From contig JAKATZ010000004.1 of assembly GCA_021827925.1 (NCBI GenBank), forward strand, positions 13,956-77,955: 64,000 bases of DNA, read 5' to 3'. Positions 19,396 through 28,856 of the stretch are shown in pieces; within the stretch, counting starts at the first letter, position 1; each line of letters begins with the position of its first letter. The notes beneath the pieces were generated by a model. It saw only the letters and a list, made by a program, of their open reading frames with translations, had not been told where the DNA came from and ran no database searches. The DNA comes from Candidatus Micrarchaeota archaeon (GTDB lineage: Archaea; Micrarchaeota; Micrarchaeia; Micrarchaeales; CABMGC01). The translations under genes were made by a program, and so were the position numbers.

Positions 19396-20121
19396 TCACC
19401 TTCCTTCCGATCCTGTCACAAGCCGTATGAGCTTTTCAAGCCTTCTGCAGTCCTCGCAGCCGTCCAATCCTTTCGGAATTGCCTCAGATGAGAATATCCT
19501 TTCTGCCATCCCGATAAGCCGGCTTATCATTTCCCTGTCCCTCTTTACTCTGTGCAGAACTGGCGCGAAAGGCATTTCGAATCCGCCTTCTGTTGTATGT
19601 TTTCTTGCGAATTCCCTGAATTGCTCGCGTACCGGAGGCTCAAAATAAACAAGGTAAAGGGAGTTGACAGGAGAATAGCCGAGACTCTCGGCTATGTATG
19701 CATATCCATTAAGCTGTACTTCGTAAACAGGCATCAAAGAGTCCTGCGTTCCGGTGTATCTCGCTGTCTTGTAGTCTATTATGCCGTAGCTTCCGTCCTG
19801 CCTCTCAAATAGCTGATCTGGGACGCCTGTTAGGATTGATCTGCCTTTTGGAGCAACGAAACCAGATTGCGTTACCGTCACCAGCCTCTTGGCCTTTCCG
19901 GCCTTGTCAAGCCATTCCGGAAGTTTTCCTTCCCGTTCAAAATGCTCTTCCACTATGCTTTTTGTATACGAGTCAATCGAGGAGAAAATGCCTGCAAATG
20001 GGGTTTGATAAGGAAGCTTCTTGTTGTGCCTCTTGATCCAGAAACATCGCTCGCAGAAACCGCTGGCATTTAGCCATCCGAGATCTTTTGCAGATATCTG
20101 CAGGGCTTTCATGCTGGGCAT
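19396..20121 (-). CDS. PD-(D/E)XK nuclease superfamily protein (Cas4/RecB-like fold)
   Basis: IIDYKT (D..K) and EVQLNGY (QxxxY) motifs. Cys pairs CERC near the N-terminus and CEDC near the C-terminus. Confidence 0.5.
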   Translation of the reverse strand: MPSMKALQISAKDLGWLNASGFCERCFWIKRHNKKLPYQTPFAGIFSSIDSYTKSIVEEHFEREGKLPEWLDKAGKAKRLVTVTQSGFVAPKGRSILTGVPDQLFERQDGSYGIIDYKTARYTGTQDSLMPVYEVQLNGYAYIAESLGYSPVNSLYLVYFEPPVREQFREFARKHTTEGGFEMPFAPVLHRVKRDREMISRLIGMAERIFSSEAIPKGLDGCEDCRRLEKLIRLVTGSEGR

Positions 20122-20243
20122 TCTGCATTCAAATCTAAAAGCATGTCTGTAACCGGAGGTTTAAGCATGATTTGCGGATTGTCTTGCGCTGCGGCTCAGT
20201 TAGCGCAGACAGCTTTAAGAACCCCCTTATCCAGTTGATACAC

Positions 20244-21203
20244 ATGGTAACTCTCTCGCACTCGTTTGGATTTAGGATCAGACCGAAACGACCGTTCAGT
20301 TTTGAGCTTACGGTGAAGAAACCCGCCGGCTGGTCGCTCTTCAGTCCGTTTGAGATATATGAAAAGGGAAGGCTATGGACGGTGACATATCTTGATGGGT
20401 TGCTTGCAGGCATAGTGCTATCCAAGAAAGGCACTGTCGAGAATCCAGAGGTGCTTGTGAGAGTGTTCCTGGAGAATGATCAAGGCGCTGCCCGCAGACG
20501 GAGGATAAATGAGCTTGTAACTAAGGCGATAGGGGCGGATCAGGAACTAGGGAAGTTCTATGCTATGGCAAAGAAAGACAGCATATTGAAGCACGTAATA
20601 GGGGACCTTTACGGAATGCATGATACTTTCTCCCCTATGCTATTCTCAGATGCAGTACTGGCAATAATGCTGCAGATGGCTCCGCTTAAAAGGAGTAACG
20701 AGATGATGGCATCATTCATTAACAACTACGGGGAGGTTGCTGCGTTCGATGGCAAACGGATAAAGGCATGGCCTTCACCTCGGAAGATAGCGCGATTGAC
20801 TGAGGCCGAACTTGCCAGAAAGTGCAAGGTGGGATACCGGTCAAAAAACCTGGTGAGGCTGGCGAAGAGATTGTCCGAGCCGGGCTTCCCTTCAGCTGAG
20901 GAGCTCGAAGATATGAATGTCGAAAAGGCAAAGTCCTTCCTTATGGAACTGCCAGGAATAGGGGACTACTCTTCAGATATAATAAATCCCCATGGAGGTT
21001 TTCCCATAGACGTATGGTCTGCGGAGGTGTTTGGAAAGCTCTTTTTCGGGAAGGAGCCGAAAAACAACCGCGGCGCGGTTGAAATGGTAAAGGCAGAGGG
21101 GATTAGGAGGTGGGGCGTATGGTCATGGATGGCCTTTTTCTACACCGTCCAGGATCTCGAGAGCCTCTCCAAGAAAATCGGAAAGAGACTGAGGGTGACG
21201 TAG
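20244..21203 (+). CDS. HhH-GPD DNA glycosylase (AlkA/Ogg-like)
   Basis: HhH-GPD hallmark LPGIGDYSSDII followed by FPIDVW (catalytic Asp region). The ATG at 20244 is preferred. Confidence 0.65.
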   Translation: MVTLSHSFGFRIRPKRPFSFELTVKKPAGWSLFSPFEIYEKGRLWTVTYLDGLLAGIVLSKKGTVENPEVLVRVFLENDQGAARRRRINELVTKAIGADQELGKFYAMAKKDSILKHVIGDLYGMHDTFSPMLFSDAVLAIMLQMAPLKRSNEMMASFINNYGEVAAFDGKRIKAWPSPRKIARLTEAELARKCKVGYRSKNLVRLAKRLSEPGFPSAEELEDMNVEKAKSFLMELPGIGDYSSDIINPHGGFPIDVWSAEVFGKLFFGKEPKNNRGAVEMVKAEGIRRWGVWSWMAFFYTVQDLESLSKKIGKRLRVT

Positions 21204-21335
21204 GTTATTCAATGGCACTGCTACACTCTATGCGGTAATACCCTATTTATCATTATTTAAAGCGTAGCAGCTTATGATTAAAATAAATTAGAGGATTTAC
21301 AGGATTGGGAGATTAGCATGTTCAGATAAAATGGG

Positions 21336-21344
21336 ATTTTAGCT
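21336..21344. repeat. Target-site duplication (left), ATTTTAGCT
   Basis: An identical 9-mer directly abuts both IS ends. Confidence 0.8.
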
Positions 21345-21361
21345 TGTTCTGTTGAATGAAT
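21345..21361. repeat. IS left terminal inverted repeat TGTTCTGTTGAATGAAT
   Basis: The reverse complement of the right end is TGTTGTGTTGAATGAAT (16/17). Confidence 0.85.
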
Positions 21362-21404
21362 AATGTCATACGACAAACGCTCTAAACATTCTCCTCTTTT
21401 CAGT

Positions 21405-22360
21405 TCATATCCTGCTTCTGCCGTAATCTTTCAAGAAGTCGTAGAAAACGAACTTCTGAATCGCCTCTGCACACATCGAACTTTCCAGTTTGCTGGCAAG
21501 ATTTTCACCGAATGTTCTTTTTACACAGGAGTTTTCTCCCTCTGCCGCAAGTCTGTCACCATACTCTCTTTTCTTCCGCCATCTCTTGTAACCCCATTTT
21601 CTCCATTTGCGTATCTCTCGTTTACGATATTTGCTCTTCGTAAGACGTATCTTCGCACCTTTTCTTATCGGTATTGCGCATTTTGTACCATTATTGCCCC
21701 AAAACTCGAAGGTTTCGTTAGTGTCATGTGCACCGTCCCCATTGTACTTCTCAATATGATAACCTTCTCCGATAAGTTCCTTTCCATGTTCTATCGCAAT
21801 TTCAGGTTCTGATAATCCTCGCCCCTCTACATGTGCGTCTATCTTAAGAAGTTTCTTCCTCTTGGAATCGAGTGTCAACACCACTACAACATATCTATCC
21901 CTACCTTTCTCACCGTATTTCATTTCCAGATACCTTCCGCTGTTCCTTGCTCTCATCCCCGTCCCATCTGTTGATATGTTCAATTCCTTGAATGTCGGCA
22001 GTTTTATCTCTGGAATGAAGTCATGTATCCTGTGCCACGCAGTAGAAAAGTCCTCGAAATAGGGGATAACTTTCAGTTCTGCAAGTTTTCTTAGTTCTGC
22101 AAGTTTTCTTGATATTCCTTCAAGTCCTCTGTAATTGACCATTGGTGCCACACGGATAACCCTCGCATAAATGAGTCAGGAAAGAGGTACTGCCCGCCTC
22201 TCTTTCCCTCATTCAGCCTCTTCAATTCCTTGTCCCAGTTGTCCGCAAAACTGAAATCGAGGAAGAATGTCCATCGTACAACGGGTTCCTCGTTGTACCT
22301 TTTCCAATCTCTCCTGTCTTTATACCTTCTTTTCCCAAACTTCTTTGGTCGCCTTGTCAT
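21405..22360 (-). pseudogene. DDE transposase split into orfA (22091..22360) and orfB (21405..22151) by a -1 frame change
   Basis: DDE candidates are STDGTG, NGDGAHD and YGDRLAAEGENSCVKRTFG (YREK). orfB is open only from a TGA about 90 nt upstream of the orfA stop. I saw no canonical slippery heptamer. An 18-bp in-frame tandem duplication (22075..22110) yields RKLAELRKLAEL. Confidence 0.7.
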
Positions 22361-22426
22361 TTGGTCACCTTAACAATGGTCAAATGACTGGCACCAATAA
22401 ATATGCTACAGTCGGAAAGGATTGGG

Positions 22427-22443
22427 ATTCATTCAACACAACA
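22427..22443. repeat. IS right terminal inverted repeat ATTCATTCAACACAACA
   Basis: Pairs with 21345..21361. Confidence 0.85.
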
Positions 22444-22452
22444 ATTTTAGCT
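22444..22452. repeat. Target-site duplication (right), ATTTTAGCT
   Basis: Identical to 21336..21344. Confidence 0.8.
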
Positions 22453-22624
22453 CTTAATAGATCCCTCATTTTATATTATGTTTTTTTAACTATCTCAAAT
22501 CTTTTCGGCTTGCTAAATATGGATAATACTGTAGGAAATGTTGAGACAACACCCAAAAGCGGCAATAAGATTACTGCAGATAGATGATAGACTACTCTCT
22601 TGGAGAACGGAATATCTAAATGTC

Positions 22625-22663
22625 TTTTGCTTGCTCTCGAAGAGTAAAAAAATGGAGGCACAG
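22625..22663. repeat. Distal copy of the tRNA-Val 3'-end plus downstream-flank repeat (att-like)
   Basis: TTTTGCTTGCTCTCGAAGAGTAAAAAAATGGAGGCACAG differs from 24787..24824 by 2 substitutions and a 1-nt indel. The last 11 nt equal the 3' end of tRNA-Val. Confidence 0.75.
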
Positions 22664-22844
22664 CCAGGCAGGGTTCTTGTCGGATGTAATACTGACTCTG
22701 AATATCTAGTTTTGCTAATAAATGTTATTGGATGATATGCAGCATTCACTCCAATCCTCACTGCTAATGCTTAAGGATCTGGAGACCACTCTTATTCTTG
22801 TCGCATTCCAACAGTGCCGTACCACCAATCGGAAATGTTATCAT

Positions 22845-22964
22845 TGGATAAGTATGTGTCTTCTATGATCTCTTGAAGGATTACGGTAGAAGTAAGATGC
22901 GAGTCGAAAGGAAGAAGAAATTTGTAGGAGTAGTGCGCTACTACATTATTCATTCAACAGAGCG
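22845..22964 (+). mobile_element. Solo end remnant of a related IS copy
   Basis: About 120 bp. It encodes ..FYDLLKDYGRSKM, compared with the full-copy transposase C-terminus FYDFLKDYGRSRI. It ends in CATTATTCATTCAACAGAG, matching the IS terminus. Orientation is opposite to the full copy and identity is roughly 80% by eye. Confidence 0.6.
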
Positions 22965-22974
22965 ACATAAGACC

Positions 22975-24495
22975 TCAAAGATTACTTTCCGAACTATGCA
23001 AAATTGCAAGGAAAAGCGCAATAGGAAACATTACGCATTTGTTATTTTTCTTGATATCTGTGGATTTTGTCAGCAGTATGTACTCATCTATTCCTTTAAC
23101 GAGTTTAACATCCTGCAAGGAAGCTTCGATTTGATATTTGACTTCTATACCTAAATTGGTGTTGTTTTCTCTTTTATATACGAAATCTACTTCTTTGGTC
23201 CCATCGTAGAATCTTAGGTATGTACTGTAAAGTTTCATCGGATCGGATTCCTTTATTCTTATAAGGTGGCCCGCCACTATCTCTTCTACTATCGTGCCTA
23301 CACGGGAAGAGTTTATGATCTCCTTCGAGTATACTTCGCCAGACTTTCCTGTGTTCGCCGCTCCGGCGGCATAGTGCATGAACACATCTTCAAAATAGAA
23401 CTTTTTTACACCAGATTCTTTTAAGCCATTTTCAGAGCTTTTCAATCCTTTAATATTGAGGAATACGAAAGAATTCTCAAGCCTATTTGAATAATCGATC
23501 AATGTCGTCTTGTTCATTGACATGTTCTGTGCAATTTTGGAGTAGGAAATTTTCTCTCCTACATGCACCAGTATGCCCGATACTGCCTGGCCCGCTTTTA
23601 ATGGATCACCAGATACCACGCTCGTTATTGTTGCCGCGTCATTTTTTATATAATTATATATCTCTTCGTAAAATTTAGAGAGCAGCGTTCCATCAAAAAT
23701 ACTGGCTATACCAATAGGATACCCACCGGTATACACGTAAAGCTCAAACATTTTGTTCAACGGTATGAAGTACTTCTCTATAGAAGAAACATGTTTGTTT
23801 GCCTGATTTATCTCTTCCTCTAAATTTATTGAAGTATTTGTAATTGCTTCCAACATGGATTTTACTTCGCCAGAAGTAAATCTATATCCGATACGCTCGC
23901 CAACAACCTGTGCCATATTGCCTGGTATGGCCATGGCCGTTAGCAGTGATATAACGAACGTTCTGAAGCTGGCGGTTCTTAGATAGTATATGTTACCCTC
24001 TGTTCCGCGCCCAGGCAGTGTCTCAATGCCTAAGAAATGTGCGATTGAACCTGTTGCTACAACAGCAGTATTCTTCAAAACTCCCGAATTAGAAAGCCCC
24101 AAAAGCACAGTTGCCCAGCTCTTCACAGTCTGTATTTCATCCAAAAACAAGTAAGTTGTTCCGGTGTGCGGTCTTCCTAAGAAGTTTCTTATGGTGTTAT
24201 CCATGTCTTTTGGGGTGATTACCTCATCAAATGAGAAGTATAATATATCATCGGGATTTGCCCTTCTTTCGGATATGAGATTAAGTATTGCGAGCTTCAG
24301 GGCGACTGTTTTCCCTGCGCGTCTAGGACCTTTTATTATCAGTACGGATCCCGGCTTAAGTAACGGGGTTATATCTTTTCTTTTTAATTTGACTATTAGG
24401 CCTTGATATTTCATAAAGTCTGCATCATCAATGTAGAAATGGCTACCTTTAGCCCACCACTTATTCAATTCTTGCAGTTTATCTAAACTAACCAT
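22975..24495 (-). CDS. AAA+ ATPase of the archaeal ATPase/DUF4143 type
   Basis: Walker A GPRRAGKTV, Walker B LFLDEIQ, and the long C-terminal region typical of AAA_14 + DUF4143 proteins. Confidence 0.75.
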   Translation of the reverse strand: MVSLDKLQELNKWWAKGSHFYIDDADFMKYQGLIVKLKRKDITPLLKPGSVLIIKGPRRAGKTVALKLAILNLISERRANPDDILYFSFDEVITPKDMDNTIRNFLGRPHTGTTYLFLDEIQTVKSWATVLLGLSNSGVLKNTAVVATGSIAHFLGIETLPGRGTEGNIYYLRTASFRTFVISLLTAMAIPGNMAQVVGERIGYRFTSGEVKSMLEAITNTSINLEEEINQANKHVSSIEKYFIPLNKMFELYVYTGGYPIGIASIFDGTLLSKFYEEIYNYIKNDAATITSVVSGDPLKAGQAVSGILVHVGEKISYSKIAQNMSMNKTTLIDYSNRLENSFVFLNIKGLKSSENGLKESGVKKFYFEDVFMHYAAGAANTGKSGEVYSKEIINSSRVGTIVEEIVAGHLIRIKESDPMKLYSTYLRFYDGTKEVDFVYKRENNTNLGIEVKYQIEASLQDVKLVKGIDEYILLTKSTDIKKNNKCVMFPIALFLAILHSSESNL

Positions 24496-24786
24496 AATCT
24501 TACCTTAACTCACTAAATATTTAAACCTTTTGTTTTTGTATGCTCTACTATACATACTATGATATTTATGTCTGGTCAAGTATCCAAAATATGGATATCT
24601 AACCTGTTGTTCTACATAATAGCTATGTAATTTTGGGCAGTGTGGGCTACAACACATCTTTTTGTATGCTGAATTAGACATTAATGTTGCTTTAACTATC
24701 GTATGTACTCATATCTGCTTCACTACTTATGCATTTATACACTGCAACAACCCACCACTAGAAAGCAGGAACAGCAGTAGTCCATT

Positions 24787-24824
24787 TTTTGCTTGCTGTC
24801 GGAGAGTAAAAAATGGAGGCACAG
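24787..24824. repeat. tRNA-proximal copy of the att-like direct repeat
   Basis: TTTTGCTTGCTGTCGGAGAGTAAAAAATGGAGGCACAG. Overlaps tRNA-Val bases 24814..24824. Confidence 0.75.
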
Positions 24825-24885
24825 GGAATCGAACCCAGACCTCTACCGTGTAAGGGTAGCGTCCTACCATTAGACTATGCCTCCT
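24814..24885 (-). tRNA. tRNA-Val (anticodon UAC)
   Basis: Manual cloverleaf: acceptor GGAGGCA/TGCCTCC, anticodon stem CTACC/GGTAG with loop CTTACAC, T loop TTCGATT. There is one U-U mismatch in the T stem. CCA is not encoded. Confidence 0.8.
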
Positions 24886-24886
24886 C

Positions 24887-26107
24887 TTATTTTGAATGTC
24901 TTCTGCAGAACTTCTCTATGCGCAGGATTGCCTCCTCAAGGATTTCGTTTGGGGCAAGAGCCACTATGCGTATGTGATTCCTTTCTCCGAAGCCGGAGCC
25001 GCGCGTTATCTGCACGCCCTCTTCCTTTAGAAGCTTTTCAACAAACCCATGATCATCGTTTAGCTTCAGTTCTTCTTTCTCAAATCTTGGGAAAAGGTAA
25101 AATGCGCCTTTTGGTCTTACCACATGAAGATACTTGCTCTCGTTCAGGAGGTTTACTGCGAAATTTACCCTTTCTGCTATCTCCTTCCTCATTCTCCTTA
25201 TGGCTATTCCATGCTCTCTTTCCCTATTTAAAGCTTCTGCCATGGCGTACTGCGCCGGCGTGTTTGCGGACAGCCTAACCATAGCAAAATCCTTGAGCTT
25301 GGACTTTATCGCATCTGAAACATCGTCGTCTCCGGGAACTATGGCGAAGCCTATGCGAAAACCAGTAGCGTCGTAGCCTTTCGAAGCGCCGTTCAGTATT
25401 ATGTGCGGCACCCCTTTGGCAAGGGAGGAAATGCTCTTGAACTTGGCGCCGTTGTATGTTATCTCATCATAGATCTCGTCGCTTACCAATATCATTCCGT
25501 AGTTGTTTGCTATCTCGACAACCTCCTCAAGGACGCCCGAGCTGAGTACGGTTCCGGTTGGATTGTTTGGATTCGTGAGTATCAGGTACTTTGGCATTCT
25601 GCCACGGCTGAGATCCTTACGGATACTTCTATCGAGCCTATCGGGATCTATGCTCCAATCCATACTCTCGACATATCGCTCCAGGATGGGCACGCCGCCG
25701 TACAGCTCAAGGTCGGGCACATACTGGGTGTAGTAAGGCCTGAAGATAACTGCCCTGTCGCCCTGATTGATAAGTGATGCGTTTATGAAAAGAAGGGCCT
25801 CGCTTATCCCCTGCGTCACAATGACGTCATCAGGAGAAACGTCTACTGCGTACATGCGCTTGTACCTTTTCGCTACTGCTATGCGCAGCTCTTCAAGGCC
25901 AACTCCGCTTGAGTAGTAGGTCTTGCCTTCGAGGATTGCCTTTGCGTACGCCTTCAGCGTGTATTCCGGAGTCTTGAAGTACGCTGGCGGATCACCGCGG
26001 TTAAGTTTTATTATTTTCTTTCCGGATCTCGACAAGACTGCTGCTGCGGCATCCTCTTCCTGTATAGCATTTATTGCGTACCTGCTTCTTTTTGATAGAA
26101 TGCACAC
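24887..26107 (-). CDS. Class I/II PLP-dependent aminotransferase (aspartate/alanine type)
   Basis: NPNNPTG motif and the PLP-lysine region GASKGYDATGFRIG. Confidence 0.85.
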   Translation of the reverse strand: MCILSKRSRYAINAIQEEDAAAAVLSRSGKKIIKLNRGDPPAYFKTPEYTLKAYAKAILEGKTYYSSGVGLEELRIAVAKRYKRMYAVDVSPDDVIVTQGISEALLFINASLINQGDRAVIFRPYYTQYVPDLELYGGVPILERYVESMDWSIDPDRLDRSIRKDLSRGRMPKYLILTNPNNPTGTVLSSGVLEEVVEIANNYGMILVSDEIYDEITYNGAKFKSISSLAKGVPHIILNGASKGYDATGFRIGFAIVPGDDDVSDAIKSKLKDFAMVRLSANTPAQYAMAEALNREREHGIAIRRMRKEIAERVNFAVNLLNESKYLHVVRPKGAFYLFPRFEKEELKLNDDHGFVEKLLKEEGVQITRGSGFGERNHIRIVALAPNEILEEAILRIEKFCRRHSK

Positions 26108-26348
26108 CTGAACACCACGAGCTTTATTCGCAGAGACCTTTTAATAGCTTTTCTGAAATAAAGCATAAACATATGCGATTGCCCAACAGGTTTATAAATC
26201 TGAACGGCAGTATACTATTACAGCAGTGGAGGAGGGGTCAGGGTTATGGCTCCTTGAATGCAGTTGATGCATTAGTGCATAAGTCTGTGCAATGTAAGGA
26301 AGTTGAGGTAACGGGTGGCTGCGCCTGACGCAGCATAGCCGTGATACC

Positions 26349-27251
26349 ATGAGATATGATTTCTCTGTCCGCGAACTGAAGGCTCTTGTGAAACTGATGC
26401 TCCCTGATGAGAGAGTTCTCTCTTCAGCAAAAAAATCCCGGCTTCACGGCTCACTTCTTAGTAGAATTGTTTTTATAACAACAAACAGGAGGATCGTTGC
26501 GCTTAGCAGGAAGGCTCTAAGAAGCAGGTCGGAGATAGCGGCGATACCTTATGAGAATATAGCAAGCTTCAGGGTTGCACACGGCCTGATGACTTCTTCT
26601 GTGCAGATAAGGCTTCGGGAGATTCAGGAATATGATTCGTGCTTCAGGGCCAAAGGAAATGAGAGGGAGATAACGGGCCTCTCCAAGGATGACGCAGAAT
26701 CGATCGCATATTCCATAAACATGGTCATGACTGCAGCAATAGCGGGAGGAGTCAAAACCACACCTGTGCCAGGCAGGGCTGGGAAGATGGCAAAGGCGTC
26801 TTATGCAAGCTATGCCAATCAAGGATACGGGGGCGACTTCACAAAAGAGTTTCTAAAGGCAGCAAGGCAGGAGAATTCGGAATCCGCAGGAAGCGTAGGC
26901 ATGATAGGCGAAGCGGTTGTGGCAATCGATACTCCGAAGAAAAAGCAAACGGAGGAAGAGCAGAAGAGCCTGAGGCATGCGGTCATACGATCAAGCAAGG
27001 GCCTAGGTCTTGCATCGCTTGCGCCTGCAGAGGAAGCAATTTCTATTATAGGACAGACATCGACAGGCACCATTCTTTCGCACGTCCATGCTTTCGGAAC
27101 GGGGGAGATTGCAATGAACACCGAGAGCGTGTACGGAACATCCCAGAATGTCCAGACGGCAAGCAGGGTGCTCGGAGATGTAAAGAAGAAGGTCAACCCT
27201 TATGACCTCCTCATATTCAGCGAGCGCGTGAAACGGGGAGAGATGGTCTAG
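26349..27251 (+). CDS. Bacterial-type PH (bPH/YokE-like) domain protein with a low-complexity C-terminal half
   Basis: The N-terminal LPDERVL...ITTNRRIVALSRK...IPYENIASFRV...VQIRL pattern is typical of bPH domains. The rest is unassigned. Confidence 0.5.
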   Translation: MRYDFSVRELKALVKLMLPDERVLSSAKKSRLHGSLLSRIVFITTNRRIVALSRKALRSRSEIAAIPYENIASFRVAHGLMTSSVQIRLREIQEYDSCFRAKGNEREITGLSKDDAESIAYSINMVMTAAIAGGVKTTPVPGRAGKMAKASYASYANQGYGGDFTKEFLKAARQENSESAGSVGMIGEAVVAIDTPKKKQTEEEQKSLRHAVIRSSKGLGLASLAPAEEAISIIGQTSTGTILSHVHAFGTGEIAMNTESVYGTSQNVQTASRVLGDVKKKVNPYDLLIFSERVKRGEMV

Positions 27252-27306
27252 CCGCTGAGGGTCAACGCGTACGTTTAGCCTTAGTTGACCATGGAATGCT
27301 TGCCGC

Positions 27307-28053
27307 TTAGCGAAGCTGGCCGGGTTTGTTCAGAAAATCGAATTTTTCCGGATCGGCAAGAAATAGGTCGTATATGCTACCTTCTCCCATGGGTATTCCG
27401 AAATCAGGAGCCCTATCCAGCATTGAAAGAGAAAAGCGCTTGTACTCCTTGTTCACAACTATACTGCCGTCAGTGAGAAGGTACACAGCTCCGCCCTTCA
27501 TGAGTACTATGGGATTGTAATCGGAGCTGAACTCCGAACTCACGAGATTTGCCATAATGAGCCTCCCTGGCCCGGTGTTTATTGTAATGTGTCCATAATT
27601 CGGGGGCATGAGAACTTTGTCCCCTGCCCTGGCTTTTACAAGTACGACATCGTACCGGGAATCAGATAGCCTTTTCTGAAGGAGGTAAGTCGCATTGCCT
27701 TCTATAACTTCGTAAAGCTCAGGATAGCAGAGGTCCTTTTCTGCTAATGGATGGTAATGGCCTAGCGTCTTGTTAAACTCCTTGCCAAGGGAGTACGGCG
27801 CCATTATGGTTACATCGTAACGCAGCTTCTTATCCGAAAAAACAGGATTTTTCGCTACACCCGGAGCCCTGTACATGTAGTACAGCTTGTCTGCGGCGGC
27901 GTCACTGGAAGCCGCTTCGGGCGAGAGAAGAACCTCCTTCATCTCGCCTACGGTCCTTGAGGAAGACTCCAGCTTCTTGCCTTCTTCGTAAAGAGAATAC
28001 CCCTCAAGCTCAAGCTTTACTCCTTTTGTATTCAGTTCGTCCATCTCGACCAC
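27307..28053 (-). CDS. Cupin-type glucose-6-phosphate isomerase family protein
   Basis: Cupin metal motifs TLGHYHPLAE...YPELYEVIEG and MPPNYGHITINTG resemble archaeal cPGI (TxGHxH...E, PPxxxHxxxN). Confidence 0.6.
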   Translation of the reverse strand: MVEMDELNTKGVKLELEGYSLYEEGKKLESSSRTVGEMKEVLLSPEAASSDAAADKLYYMYRAPGVAKNPVFSDKKLRYDVTIMAPYSLGKEFNKTLGHYHPLAEKDLCYPELYEVIEGNATYLLQKRLSDSRYDVVLVKARAGDKVLMPPNYGHITINTGPGRLIMANLVSSEFSSDYNPIVLMKGGAVYLLTDGSIVVNKEYKRFSLSMLDRAPDFGIPMGEGSIYDLFLADPEKFDFLNKPGQLR

Positions 28054-28432
28054 TAATCGTCCCCATAGCGCTCAAGCGCTGCCATGTTTATGGTTTCTAT
28101 TCCAAGATAAAGGTGCAGGACCTTATGATCCTTTCCGTCAGGAACAACAAGGAGGCTGCCTCTCCTCATGAGTTCAATGAACGGGGAGCCGTCGGATATC
28201 ACGGGGCGTCGGTTAGGCCAAGCCAGAGTAACCATATCAAGACCTACGAAAAGCTTCGGCCTGCCGTTTGCTTCGTATGATAGCAGGGCCCCGGCGCCTT
28301 TGCGCTGTCCTCTATCAGATGCGCCATTTCCTTGTTTACGCCGCTCCTGGCGAAACCTATGATGTGTGCTGCAAGTGTGCTGTTGATCCCGGTAGTGTCT
28401 GGCACGTACTTCTTTGGCGAAATCGTCTGCAT
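28053..28432 (-). pseudogene. Small gene of unknown function split by a frameshift
   Basis: ORFs 28244..28432 and 28053..28235 are in different frames. The second frame stays open upstream (..GAGALLSYEANGRPKLFVGLDM..), so one indel near the G/C run at 28286..28298 would fuse them into about 125 aa. Confidence 0.35.
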
Positions 28433-28454
28433 AACTGGATATCTGGTTTAATCA

Positions 28455-28856
28455 TTATAAGCTTTGCCCCTGCTCCGCTGCAGTGTCCTTTCTTAGGGCT
28501 CCGCCGAGGGTAGGATCTGCAGTTATGCGCACGCCTCTTGCCACGAGTAGAGTGAGATTGCCATTTTTCCTGTCCGTTATTCTGAGATACGGCATGATTG
28601 TGTTTCCGTCTGAAAGAAGAGCCCCGCCAGACCTGAAAAGCGCGCGGAGAGGAAGCCCTTCGATGCGTATAGCCGCAGAGAGGCCAAGATATATCTCCCC
28701 GCAGCTGGTCGCAAGAGCTCCGGCTGAATTGGCATTGCGCAGGAATAGCTTAAGTTCGTCACGGTTCTGCCATCTGCTGCGCATAAAGAGTGCTATGCTA
28801 TCCGCAACAGCTTTCTTCTCGGTATTAACATCGATTCTGTGGCTATCTCTCAGCAT
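28455..28856 (-). CDS. Hypothetical protein
   Basis: 133-aa ORF co-directional with its neighbours. A 148-aa ORF on the opposite strand competes with it. No family recognised. Confidence 0.3.
   Translation of the reverse strand: MLRDSHRIDVNTEKKAVADSIALFMRSRWQNRDELKLFLRNANSAGALATSCGEIYLGLSAAIRIEGLPLRALFRSGGALLSDGNTIMPYLRITDRKNGNLTLLVARGVRITADPTLGGALRKDTAAEQGQSL

Larger units (their letters stand above)
21345..22443 (-). mobile_element. Insertion sequence, 1,099 bp, IS4/IS5-type DDE transposase
   Basis: 17-bp terminal inverted repeats (16/17 match), a 9-bp direct target duplication, and an internal transposase with the Y-2-R-3-E-6-K signature. Confidence 0.85.

Noticed and set aside
21302-21310. 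9-nt match GGATTGGGA just outside the IS left end and just inside the right end (22420..22428).
   Set aside because: It is too short, and it is positioned asymmetrically relative to the verified inverted repeats and target duplication. It is most likely chance.
24814-24885. Possibility that tRNA-Val is a pseudo-tRNA, because of a U-U mismatch at T-stem pair 50-64 and its att-like context.
   Set aside because: All other stems, the anticodon loop and the T loop are canonical, and single T-stem mismatches occur in functional tRNAs. It is kept as a tRNA with slightly reduced confidence.
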